From: Eledone cirrhosa
Taxonomy: Eukaryota
Direction: 5' to 3'
Assembly (NCBI GenBank): GCA_964016885.1
Contig: OZ024743.1
Coordinates: 284,518,001 to 284,582,000 of the forward strand
Length of the DNA: 64,000 bases
The notes under the pieces are model-generated. The model did not search any database, was not told the origin of the DNA, and saw only the letters and a program-made list of their open reading frames with translations. Position numbers and translations under genes: made by a program. Below are positions 39,290-51,782 of the stretch, in pieces; within the stretch, counting starts at the first letter, position 1, and each line of letters opens with the position of its first letter.

Positions 39290-40162
39290 TATATATATAT
39301 ATAAACACACATACAAGGTATTAGAAATTTTCAGAACTACATGATCAACAGAAATGCGTGCAGCTGATGATCATTGGTAGCCAACCTAATAGGTCAGACT
39401 ACAAATAGACTCCATGATATCTAATTGTGTTCACTTATTTCACAAGGCTTAGTAACATTGTGATAAAATGTCTCAGTGATTTTTACAATGGCAAATAAAT
39501 TCTAGGAACGTGCTTACATCAAATTTTGTATGATAGATGCAAAGGAGTTCATTCTCTTGCAACTATTGAAATATTCTAAAAATCAAGTGATTTCTAATTA
39601 AGTTTCAGTTATTATAGATTAAAGGTTGGAATACTGAACAAAATGATTGAGGAGAGGCACTTAACACTAGCTTGATAAATTGCATTTTTAAAAGCAAATG
39701 GAAAAGGTAATGTATGAAATCATCAAATACAGTCAAAATGTAAGAAATGCTCATTTGTTTTTGGTCCTACAAGAGAATTGTTGCCAAAGTTTTGTTACTA
39801 AGTAGGCCATTAGTAATTTTGATGAGGTGAGTGCATATATATTACATAGGAGACCAGGTAAACCTTTGCCTTTCACCCTTCCATCTATATCTATCACTTT
39901 ACCATATGATGTCTGAGTAATGAGGAATCAGATTGGACAAGTCCATATTCAGTATTTTCTGTCCACGAAGTCTAATTTAAAGAACCACCAAATGTCATAG
40001 GCACAGCCCTTTCTTCCAGACCTAACTTGATTATATGTCTAACCCATGCTAGCATAGAAGATAGACGTTAAACGACGATGATGATGATATATATATATAT
40101 ACATATATACCAGTTTACTCAGCTGTAGAAATGAGATGATAGGACTGAGGTTCCTATCATTC

Positions 40163-40333
40163 CACTGTAAATGAGGTTGGTGTTAGGAAGGGCATCCAGC
40201 TGTAGAAATCAAGCCAAATCAGTTCCCGTATGAGCAAGACAAGGTCAGCTGACCGGATACTGCCCACAACAGGACGACCCGTCTAACCCATGCTAGTGTG
40301 GAGGAACGGACGTAAAACGGTGATGATGATGAT
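40163..40333 (+). mobile_element. RTE family B-like 3' UTR fragment
   Basis: CACTGTAAATGAGGTTGGTGTTAGGAAGGGCATCCAGCTGTAGAAATC...GGACGTAAAACGGTGATGAT runs into microsatellite. A shorter tail fragment lies at ~40037-40088. Confidence 0.8.
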
Positions 40334-40373
40334 ATATATACATATATACACATATATATATACATATATATAT

Positions 40374-40416
<43 letters not shown>

Positions 40417-40589
40417 TACATATATATATACATATATACATATATATATACATATATACATATATATATATACATATATACATATATACATATATATATA
40501 TATATACATATATACATATATATATATATATACATATATATGTATATACATATATATATACATATATATATATATACATATATATATAC

Positions 40590-40636
<47 letters not shown>

Positions 40637-40840
40637 CATATATATATACATACATATATATATACATATATATACATATATATATACATATATATATACA
40701 TATATATACATATATATATACATACATATATATATACATACATATATATATACATACATATATATATACATACATATATATATACATACATATATATATA
40801 CATACATATATATATACATATATATATATATACATACATA

Positions 40841-40880
<40 letters not shown>

Positions 40881-40928
40881 CATATATATACATATACATA
40901 TATATACATATATATACATATACATATA

Positions 40929-41010
<82 letters not shown>

Positions 41011-41209
41011 CATATACACATATATATATATATAAATATATACATATATTTATATATATATATATATATACACATATATATACACATATATATATATATA
41101 CATATATATATACACATATATATATATATACATATATATATACACATATATATATATACATATATATATACACATATATATATATATACACATATATATA
41201 TATATACAC

Positions 41210-41242
<33 letters not shown>

Positions 41243-41253
41243 TATATATACAC

Positions 41254-41284
<31 letters not shown>

Positions 41285-41323
41285 TATATATATACACATA
41301 TATATATATATATATATCTACAC

Positions 41324-41376
<53 letters not shown>

Positions 41377-41425
41377 TATATATATATATATATCTACACA
41401 TATATATATATATACACATATACAC

Positions 41426-41486
<61 letters not shown>

Positions 41487-41621
41487 TATATATATACATA
41501 TATATATATACATATACATATATACATATACATATACACATATATATATATACATATATACATACACATATATACATATATACATATACACATATATATA
41601 TATACATATATATATATGCAT

Positions 41622-41654
<33 letters not shown>

Positions 41655-41773
41655 CATATACATATATATATATATACACATATATATATATATATACACA
41701 TATATATATATATACACATATATATATATATACACATATATATATATATACACATATATATATATATATACAC

Positions 41774-41804
<31 letters not shown>

Positions 41805-41821
41805 CACATATATATATATAC

Positions 41822-41852
<31 letters not shown>

Positions 41853-41865
41853 CATATATATATAC

Positions 41866-41896
<31 letters not shown>

Positions 41897-41897
41897 C

Positions 41898-41966
<69 letters not shown>

Positions 41967-41980
41967 CATATATATATATA
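40334..41980. repeat. Compound (TA)n/(TACA) microsatellite, ~1.65 kb
   Basis: Seen directly. It is bounded by convergent RTE tails. Confidence 0.95.
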
Positions 41981-43481
41981 CATCATCATCATCATCACCG
42001 TTTTACGTCCGTTCTTCCACGCTAGCATGGGTTAGACAGGTTGTCCTGTTGTGGGCAGTGTCTGGTCGGCTGATCATGCCATGCTCATACAGGAACTGAT
42101 TTGGCTTGATTTCTACAGCTGGATGCCCTTCCTAACACCAACCTCATTTACAGTGAGTGCTGGGTGCTTTTTCGTGGCGCCTACACGTCCACTTTACAGT
42201 GTGGGCTGGGTGCTTTTATCACCTCATCCTAGGTCATCTTGAGTCTCCCCACTCCGCGGTTTCCATCGACTTCTAGTGCTCTGCACCTTTTTATGCAGCT
42301 GTCATCCTTCATACGCATCACATGTCCATACCAGCGCAACCGCCTCTCCTGCACACAGCATTTGGTTCCTCTTATGCTCAGTCTCTCTCTCAATTCATTT
42401 ATGCTTTGTCGTTCACGTATATTACTGTTACACATCCATCGGAGCATGCAGGCTTCGTTTCTCTCTAATCTACGTAAGTCTTCCACCTTCAGCGCCCAGG
42501 TCTCACTACCATGCAACATTGCTGTTTGGATACACGCATCATACAGTCTGCCTTTAATTCTGAGGGAGAAGCCTTTTGCAGCTAGCAGTGGTAGTAGTTC
42601 CCTAAACTTCTCCCATCCCGTTCTTACCCTAGTTATTGTACTTTCTGAACACCCACCTCCGCTGCTAATTCGGTCACCTAGGTAGCAGAAGCTGTCTACT
42701 GTTTCTACAGAGCCCTCCCAGAGATTGGTGGTACTTGTTTCCTGTGACTGTTTGCTGCTTGCTGTCCCAGCACAGCTGCTGCATGTGAAGCCTACATTCT
42801 TAATTAAGCTTCCTGAGATCCCGCTACATCTCTTGTGTACCCATTGTTTGCATTTGGGGCAGAGAATGGAGTTCCTACCTACACCTTTCCCACATACTGA
42901 GCAAGGCCATTTCCCTGAGGGGATCTGGGTTCTGTTTTCTCGTCTACTTACAAGGACCTTAGTCTTTGTCATGTTGACTTCGAGACCCTTTCTTTCTAGT
43001 CCCTGCTTCCAAGTTTGGAATTTCTTCTCTAGTTCTACCATAGATTCAGCTATAAGTGCGAGGTCATCAGCATACAGGAGTTCCCATGGGCATCCAGTCT
43101 TAAACTCCTCCGTTATTGCCTGCAGGACTATGATGAACAGGAGGGGCTAAGAACAGAGCCCTGGTGGACCCCAACCTGTACGCTAAATTCCTCGCTATAC
43201 TCATTGCACGTGGTTACAGCACGTGGAACTCTGTCAAAGGCTTTCTCAAGGTCGACAAATGCCAAGTAGAGTGGCTTACTTTTAGCTAGGTACTTTTCCT
43301 GTAGCTGCCTCACAGGGAAGAGGGCATCAGTGGTACAAACCCAAATTGCATCTCGTCTATTTTCACCCGGTCCCTAATCAACTGTGCTATAACTCTTTGT
43401 TACTTTCATGACCTGGTCCATCAGCTTCATACCTCTATAGTTTCCTCTATCTAGTGCATCACCTTTACCTTTGTAGCAGTT
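41981..43481 (-). mobile_element. 5'-truncated RTE family B copy with internal deletions
   Basis: ORFs 42229-43041 and 43128-43313 match family B. There are deletions near 42215, 43205 and 43335. Both ends lie in TA microsatellite. Confidence 0.9.
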
Positions 43482-44016
43482 ATATATATATATATATTAT
43501 ATATAACATATATATATATACATATAATGTAGGAGGTGAGTTTTATTGTAGTACATATTAACATTTTCTTTCCATCGCACATATTATTAAACCTTTAAAT
43601 ATTATTCTTAATACATATTAACAATTTCTTTTCATCGCACATATTATTAAACCCTTCAATATACAAACCTTAACTTTACATTATTTTTCTCTTCGTTAAT
43701 TTTCAAATTCTTTTAATTTATACATTATCTTCCAACGGTTTTTCAACCTCTCTATGTAAAACAATATATTTTTCTCAGTTATAAAAGCTATCTCTCTCTA
43801 TCACCCATCTCTCCTCCTATCTCATCCTTCTTCATTATACTCCTCCCCCTCCACTTTTTACTCTCATCTCCTCCTCTTTTTCATCCTTTCCAACCTCCCC
43901 CCCCCCTCAAAAAATTTTTTTAAACAATATCACACATCAATCTAAAACTACTTTTCATATGTTGATTTAAAACTGCACTATCCACAAGTGTTTTTAACCT
44001 TCATATCATGTCTTCC

Positions 44017-44087
44017 TATTTTATCTGATGAAAACACAAATGTTATTGCATGATGATATTTGTTTTTGAAATGCGCATAATAAAATA
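44017..44087 (+). ncRNA. Type I hammerhead ribozyme
   Basis: TATTTTAT-CTGATGA-AAACACAAATGTTATTGCATGATGATATTTGTTTTT-GAAA-TGCGCA-TA-ATAAAATA. Stem III is palindromic (ATGCGCAT). Confidence 0.72.
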
Positions 44088-45652
44088 CATGGAACTCATT
44101 TAACCATCTTTTGATCTTATATATATGTACATATATACATATATGTACATATATACATATATATATACATATATATATATATATACATATATATATACAT
44201 ATATATATATATATACATATATATACATATATATATATACATCTATATATACACACATATACATATATATATATAAATACATACATATATATCATCATCA
44301 TCATCATGATCGTTTAACGTCCATCTTCCACGCTAGCATGATATATATATATCATCAACATCATTTTATATCATATATATATAGACATATGCTATAATAT
44401 ACATACTCTAGCCTGTTCTTTGATTTTAGTCTTTTCAGTCTTTGAGTCTCATCCAAGTTTTGACAGCTTACTATACAATAATTGCAGTGTTTTAATTGAA
44501 AAGCAAGCAATCCTGAATGTAAATAGAAACAAACTAGTAACTCTAACACTTTCTTGGAATTAATCCTCCAGACTTTTCTCTATACGTTTTTATCTTTTTC
44601 ATAAACTTTTTTGATTTTCTTGGAAACATTCAAGATTATTTCTATCAAATTTTTTCAGTTCCATCTAAATTAAAACTTGATTTCCCATGTAGCTCATGAC
44701 TCATTTTAAAAACTCATAGTAGTTATTTGAAGCAAATTAACAAGTTAATGTGATCCATTTCTTGAGTTGTTTTGAAGAAAATCAAGTTAATGTTTCTGAC
44801 ATCAGAGAAATGCAGAACCACAACCAGTTGTTAAAAGGAGTGTATTGCTTTCCTCAACTGTTATTGTAAAAGTGTAGGAGTAACTCTCCTAGAGTAATTT
44901 TGTAATCTCATGCAAGAAAAGAGTTAGATATGAAGAATATCTTAAGAAACCTACTTAACAATGATGATGATAAAATACTATAATGATTAATCAAACTGGT
45001 ATGAAGTTTTATAGTTATAAAGAAGAGAAATGAGAAATCAATATAATGTCCTTCCAAAAGGCATTAGTGCAGTAATTGAAATGTAAACACGTTTACATCT
45101 AATTGCATTATATCTACATATAAGTATTTGCTTTTTAATTTATAAAATGTTCTAATTTAAAACAAATAATTTAAAACATTATATACACAGCTATTGTTTT
45201 TCTATTTGAATGATTCATTGAAATCATGCAAAATTTTCCTCTCTATTAATTAAAAAAAAACACACCAATATGCTTTAGTAAAGATTACCAAAGAGCTAAT
45301 TGTTTGAGTCTAAATAAAAACAACCATTGCTTTTTTACTTATATCTAATATATATTTGTGGATGGCTTGTAAAGGAAATGTACATCAAAGGATGTAGCTG
45401 CAGTCTAGACTATTCAGTCTTTTTAATCACTGGTGTCATTGCATGTCCTAGGCTTTACTAAATGTTACCAGGTTGTATCAAAATCAAAACAGAATAGAAT
45501 AAAAACAAGACATGAGTATTGATTACATTCAGACCTTTACAGGCATAGCATACTGAATGCTTTCTATTCATAGAAGTTATTTAGTATTCACTAACAGCTT
45601 TATGTGACACTGCCATATCATATGCAACTATTGTGAAACTTTTTTCCATACT

Positions 45653-45693
<41 letters not shown>

Positions 45694-46066
45694 TATATTT
45701 TATAGTTCTCATTCAACATCAGATTCTTAGTAAAAAAAAAAAAAGAAAGATGCCAAAAGAATTCATATTACAAGTATACTATATTTAAAGAAATGTAGCT
45801 AATAAACTAGGTAAGAAGATTGAAATATTTTAATTTATTTCATGCGTTCTTATAAATAAGCTTTTAACATTAAAAAAGAATTGAATTAATTTTCCATACA
45901 TGATTTTTAGTAAGACTGGTTAGATCTGGAATTATGAATATATAAATAAATAAATAACGATAACACAAATATGATTGATTTTAGTAAAGTATATACTTAT
46001 TTCCTCTCCAGGCTGTAAGCAACTTCATATATATAATGTATATGTAAACGTGTGTGTGCATACACT

Positions 46067-46116
<50 letters not shown>

Positions 46117-46189
46117 TCATCATCATCATTATTTAACATCCATTTAAATGATGATGATGATATATATATGCACCAAAGATCATACTCTA

Positions 46190-46470
46190 TGGAAAATTGT
46201 CTTCGGGCTGTTGAAACAGTGGTGCACCAAAAAGCAGTACACAACAACATGCTAAAAAAAGTCCCTGAAAGTATGTAACATTGACCCCCTCCGGTGGACA
46301 CCCAGGCTGCTGACTGTAATGCTTGGCACTGTGTCATCCAACAAGCTACCATTGCATTTGAGGCAAACTGTCTTGTCAGTCTGGATGAGAGGAGAGCCAA
46401 GTGGAAGGGACATGTCAGGGCAGAGCGAAGTATAAGACAGACATTTCTCTGCGACCAATGTATATCTCTT
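46190..46470 (+). mobile_element. Degenerate RTE/BovB-like ORF C-terminal fragment
   Basis: Frameshifted GAPKKQY...LKKSLKVCNID...AADCNAWHCVIQQATIAFE pattern typical of RTE-BovB C-termini. Confidence 0.55.
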
Positions 46471-46583
46471 TATCATTTCCTCGCCTCTCACTCATTTTCT
46501 CCTTCTCTAGAACAAATTGGTTGTGTTTAGACTTGGAGTGAATGGGCTATACCAGGTTTAAAAAAACTTGAGACACTATATGT

Positions 46584-46638
<55 letters not shown>

Positions 46639-46679
46639 CGAAACATAAGTCAATTGCATGAACTCATAATCCTTTATTT

Positions 46680-46735
46680 ACTGCTATATAGATTTCGATG
46701 ATAGCCATTGAATGGCTATGACCTCATCAGGCAGT
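46680..46735 (-). ncRNA. Type I hammerhead ribozyme (same family as 10903/11177)
   Basis: Minus strand ACTGC-CTGATGA-GGTCATAGCCATTCAATGGCTATCATC-GAAA-TCTATA-TA-GCAGT, then AATAAA. Stem II shows a compensatory change relative to the 11-kb copies. Confidence 0.7.
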
Positions 46736-47609
46736 TAGTCAGTTCTTAGATATGCCAGCTCTGTGTTTATAGTGTTGATGGTATCAGAGCCTTGGGACAT
46801 ATGAGCTTGTTAGGAATAATTTAATGTTGTCAGCAGGAATAGTCTTAATTCTCATTGGTCAGTTTGTAGATGCTAGTTGGGTTGGTATTTGACCTCAAAG
46901 AGGCAGGTGGTGTTGTAAAGTTCAAACCATCAGGCAAGATGACAATAGTTCCATATGACTGATTTTCACAAAAAGCATTCCTGGTCAGATATATATTCAA
47001 TTGAGGTTAATAGTATGAAATAGATACTACAGGTCATTCTTATATATATATATAACATCTCAGTAGTGTAAACAACTATTGACTTCAGAAGCAGTGGGAG
47101 AATTTGAAATGTCCTCATTCTAAGAAGAACTAAGAAAATTGTCGATCACTATAAATACTTAATAAAGTCAACTGGAGATGGAAAAAAGTGAAAAATGATG
47201 GTGAGGATTATGATGGCCAATGGATATAAGTGAAATGAAATAGCTAGAGCAGCAAATGAAATGTGAGTTATGCACCCAGTTCACACTGTTACAGAAAACC
47301 CAGGAAAAACACACCTATACCTTAAGTATAAACTGTAGTATTTTTATTTTCAAATGTAACTGATATGAATAATTTATAGAACTACAGATAATATTAAAGT
47401 TTTTGCAGATGCAACTACTAGAAATCTAAGTAGCTTTTGCATTAGATCTTCATAGCAATATCTTTAAAATTTCTTCCAGCTTGCCGAATTCCTTGAAAGT
47501 GGAGAAGAGCTCAAGCATATTACACTGACTATGTTTACTACTTCTCAGAAATAGGTAATATACATATAGGTAATATAAAGATTTTGCTGAAATTAGATTC
47601 TATCAATGA

Positions 47610-47925
47610 GTGCTGGTAGCACTACAAGTGCTCAGTCCACACTGTAAGGCGGTCGTGCTGGAGACACGACAAAATGCACCCAGTTCACCCTGTAAAGTGG
47701 TTGGTTGGTGGCATGACAAAAAGCACGCACTTCACCCTGTAAGGTGGTTGTTTTGGTGCCATGATGAAAAGCACTCAGTTCACACTGTAATGTGGTTGGA
47801 AATTAAGCCAGAAAACAGATCCATATGAGCAAGACATGGTCTCCGGACCTAACTTGTCTCATAAAAAGGCAACACATCTAACTCATGTAAGCATGGAAAA
47901 TGGACATTGAATGAGGATGATGATA
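47610..47925 (+). mobile_element. Old RTE-related 3' UTR module with four tandem ~43-nt units
   Basis: Repeated CACCC/TCAGTTCAC(A/C)CTGTAA.GTGG units and a degenerate GCATGGAAAATGGACATT...GATGAT tail. Similar decayed copies lie at ~7750-7995, ~24860-25145, ~31055-31240 and ~49670-49990 (minus). Confidence 0.6.
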
Positions 47926-48543
47926 ATCCTATCAAATGGACAAAATTGATCCTTTCCCTGCAATAGCTCTTTCTTCAGACATTGTCCACCTTTAAATATG
48001 AGCTATTTTTATCTTGATGTTAACAATTTAGATACATTATAACATAAACTACAGCTGAGATATCATCAATGGTAAAGATGTCTTCTTTAAAGAACCAACA
48101 ATACTGAATTGAAAGCCTCCAGTCAATAGAGAAATCCTATGTTTAAGATCAGTTAGAGTTAGGGTTAAGGGAAAATGTTCAGGTGAGTTGGCTTGGCAAT
48201 TTACTTGAATGATGAGATATAATAACAACTCTAATTTAAGAATAGTTCATACCATTTCCTGTAAGTCATAGAAAGTGATTAATAGGAAATTTCTCCAATG
48301 GGAGTGTTCCTCAATTTGGCATAGTAACGAGAAGAATCATACTTTATAAATGCTATCCCAATGAAGAAGGGAAGTGAAAATCATGACACTCCTTTTGGAA
48401 TGCTTTATAAGAAAACTTTGGCAAGCATGCTTTGAAATACTCTTTTAAAATATTACTTTAGAATTAAAAATGTCTTTTTTATAATGCATTCAATTTATAT
48501 GAGAAATGAACGTCTTTTAAAACATAAGGTAAATGTTGAAAAT

Positions 48544-48583
<40 letters not shown>

Positions 48584-51348
48584 CTCTCTCTCTCTGTGAA
48601 AGGCAGTAAAATAAGATTAATAAGTATGGCATTCATGTGTTTTGAAAGAACTTAAGTGGCATGAGTGAAATTGTTCCAACCAGAACCAGTTTTCTAAGAA
48701 TTTACCATTTTACTAAAATACCTCCATTTTAAAACTGAAGAAATGCCTTTGATTGAAATAACAGACTTTTAACAACAGGAACCCATATGGAGCTGAAATA
48801 TTCTTTATTGACAAGGTCAGAACAAGACTAAAGCATATCCAGAGTTGTCTCAAATAATTCTTCACCAAAAATGAAAATAATATAATCACTGTCTAATGTT
48901 TTTTCTTCAACACAATTATTTCTTGTTAACCTTTTAATGTTCTTTACATTAACTATGTGGACACTAACTTAACTATTATTTTTGAGTGGATGGTGTCTTT
49001 GAATTATTTATTCTCTTAACAGCTGGAAATCCAGCAATTTATATTCCAGCACTAATACTCAGCTAAGTCCCGGCAAAGATATTTAAATATAAATATAATT
49101 GTTAATTGAGTAGCAACAAACCCATTATATAATTTATAAATATTTTGTCAGCACTGAGTTAAAAATCCTCACATGGACAATTTTGAATAACAGGAAAAAT
49201 CCTTTAGTGATGCTCAATTACTGTTCTTTGAAACTTGGCAAAATTGCTATCTTTCATAAAACATAAACTATGTGAAAAACAATTGTTTTCATATTATTCT
49301 ATCTTTAATCCATTGTGACATTAAAAATTCCTTGAACCAATTCTGAGCTGATTCTACACACTAAAAGTGAAGTGAGAATATGATAGCAAGTTAAGGACAT
49401 CAGACTAGATAATTAAAATAATCTTAGTTTATATCCTCCTAACATCAATATAAATTTTCAGTTATTCAATGGTAATAAAGTAACATAAATCCTATAAAAT
49501 GTTTGATAACAGAATGCTACATATGCTTATGCTTAAGTAATACCTATTGAAAATAACTCTTAGGATTGACTTTGCTTACATGTTGATTACATTAATAAAT
49601 GTTCAGCAGAGAATCATCATTTAAAGATACGCTGAGATCTCTGTATGTGTAATAGCATGATATAATGTAATCATTATTTAATGTCCATTTTCTCTGCTAG
49701 CAAGGGCTGGATAGGCTGTCGTAAATCAAGTCAGTAATCAATCGAAGCTACTGACCTCTCAGATGGGCTGGGTCCCTGCTTCCCATTTACATATGTTCCT
49801 GTACTCTACAAAATACACTGGGTGCATTTTATCATGGCACCAGCACTAGGGAAGTTATCATGTCTTCAATACAGCTGAAGAGTTCTCCTGACCCTTTCTT
49901 TGGCAGGCTCGCTATGGCTGGATGTTCTTTTTATTACCAACTATTTACAGAGTGTACTAGGTGCATTTATTGTGTAGATCACCTACACTACAGAGGTTGC
50001 TGTGCCTTTGACAAAACCGAAGAGTCCTGTTGACCCTTTTTGGCATATGAAATCTTTGTTCCAAACAGTAAGATGGATTAATTTAAACTACCAAATTAAC
50101 TATCTAATTCAGTAAACAATATAAAACTAGAACATAAAAAGATATTAAGATTTCTTATATATTGAAAATAAAATATGAACCATTATTACAGCTGTATTGT
50201 TATATTCAGTATATATAATAATAACATAATTAAGACCAAAGGTTATTGGTTTAGTTGGTCAAATGAAAAACTTGTATAGTATGTTGTCTTCAGATTTACA
50301 ACTTAAAGAAGTCTGTGGTTTTCCTATTGAGATTTTGCTGAAGGAAATTTGACTGGTAAATTGAGCAAGGCAAACTACAGCATAAAAATAACCGCACTTA
50401 CTCTAGCTTCAATATATAAATATATTGAAGAAGTTGTAATGAGAAAACTAATAAAGGACAGTTGAATTCCATGATTGGTAACTCATAAAGAGATAATAAA
50501 CTCCATCAGGTTCATAATTAGTATTTGTAATCAACATTTAACTAAAAATTTAAAACTTTATGAAAAATAATTGGAAAATAGATAGATTTGAGTTATAAAT
50601 TTTGTTCAATATAACTCAAAATATAAATAAGGACAGAAATAAACAGAAGAATACATTTTTGAAAATATAGAAGTTTGAAATGAAATAAAGAAATAGGTTT
50701 GGAATATCTAATATTTTTCTTCCATTTTTTTTCTTTGACTAGGAAAACACTTTATATTTTTTTAGATGATGAAAATTATAGGACATCATTGGAATATTTC
50801 GAAATAATTATCAATGATAACACATAAATAAATGTATGAGAGTGCAATTAGGAAAATATATACATCACCCTTTCTTGCTCGACTCCATCTTGTTTAGTGC
50901 ACTTTGTAAACTCCAATAATGCAAAGGTGCTTCCAACAAAAATAAATGATGGCTCTGAAACCATTACATATGTGAACTCCCAACCCAGACAAATGAAACT
51001 AAGCCTGAGAAAGTTATGCAATCTAGAGAGAATACTGAGAAAGAAAATCAGTATGCAATATTTTGAAATAAAACAGGGAAAAATGAACTAAAGAAACAAT
51101 CAAGAGAAACTGAATCTTTTTTTTTCCTAATTCAAATCAAATCTACATCATTAAAGTTAATCACAATAAAAGAATGAAAATAAAAATAAAAACATATATT
51201 CGTAAAATAAAAAAAAAAATAGAATTAAAGTTAACATTTAAAATCTATCCCATACTTCTACTTATCAATTAATATTAATCACAGGCTTTTAAAATAAATT
51301 TCCCAATAATGCCTATATATATATATATATATTGCTTTCAATATTCAG

Positions 51349-51357
51349 AAAGGATAT
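51349..51357 (-). promoter_or_regulatory. U12-type (minor spliceosome) AT-AC 5' splice site
   Basis: The minus strand reads GAA TGG AA|ATATCCTTTC. This is the U12 donor consensus, at the VEWK|PF position where Cav alpha1 genes are known to carry an AT-AC intron. The 'YPF*' at the end of the listed ORF is intron read-through. Confidence 0.9.
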
Positions 51358-51760
51358 TTCCATTCTACAATCCGTATACAGACTTTCCGGAGTGGGTTTT
51401 TTAGGGTCAGACAGAACATCGACCGCGCAGGTCGAATGTTCTGCTGAGCCTGCTTCCGGATGTTGACCCGTTTCCGGGTCATATTGGTTACCGTGGTGGC
51501 AGCCAGCGCTGTAGCCCAGGCAGAACTGAGGGGTTTGGCAGGATCGGTCCCGGCTTCAGGGCCAGTAGCGGAACTAGTAGCCGCTTGTTCTTGTGATTGA
51601 AGTTGACTAAAGTTTTGCAGCGACTGTGACAATGACTGTTCTCCCACTGCCGTCCGATCTTGGCTGAGTATCCCCCGTGGGGGCCTAGAAAGTGTGTTAC
51701 TGGTAGCAAAACTACTGCTGCTGCTACAGGCCGCTGTATCCTTCTCATTATGTGCTGCCC
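51358..51760 (-). CDS. Cav1: Internal coding exon of L-type voltage-gated calcium channel alpha1 subunit (Cav1; equivalent to exon 2 of vertebrate CACNA1C/D)
   Basis: The minus-strand frame is open across the exon: (G)[41 protein letters not shown]...[23 protein letters not shown]...[26 protein letters not shown]. This matches the Cav1 N-terminus/pre-IS1 helix (vertebrate [26 protein letters not shown]). It is preceded by a pyrimidine tract plus CAG acceptor (phase 1) and followed by an ATATCCTTT donor (phase 2). The exon is GC-rich against an AT-rich background. Confidence 0.93.
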
Positions 51761-51782
51761 CTGAAAAGAAAAAGAGAAAAAG
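51761..51782 (-). promoter_or_regulatory. 3' splice acceptor (polypyrimidine tract + CAG) of the Cav1 exon
   Basis: The minus strand reads ...ttttctctttttcttttcag|GGGCAGCAC, and the exon frame is open from this point. Confidence 0.8.

Noticed and set aside
48150-48170. GTTAGAGTTAGGGTTAAGG telomere-like motif
   Set aside because: Only one exact TTAGGG unit is present, too short to be meaningful.
49360-49397. Minus-strand TCCTTAAC (U12 branch-site-like) followed by two CAC triplets
   Set aside because: The sequence after either AC does not encode the expected PF(E/D)...ANC of Cav1 IS1, and one frame stops almost at once. It is probably chance, though a cryptic acceptor cannot be excluded.
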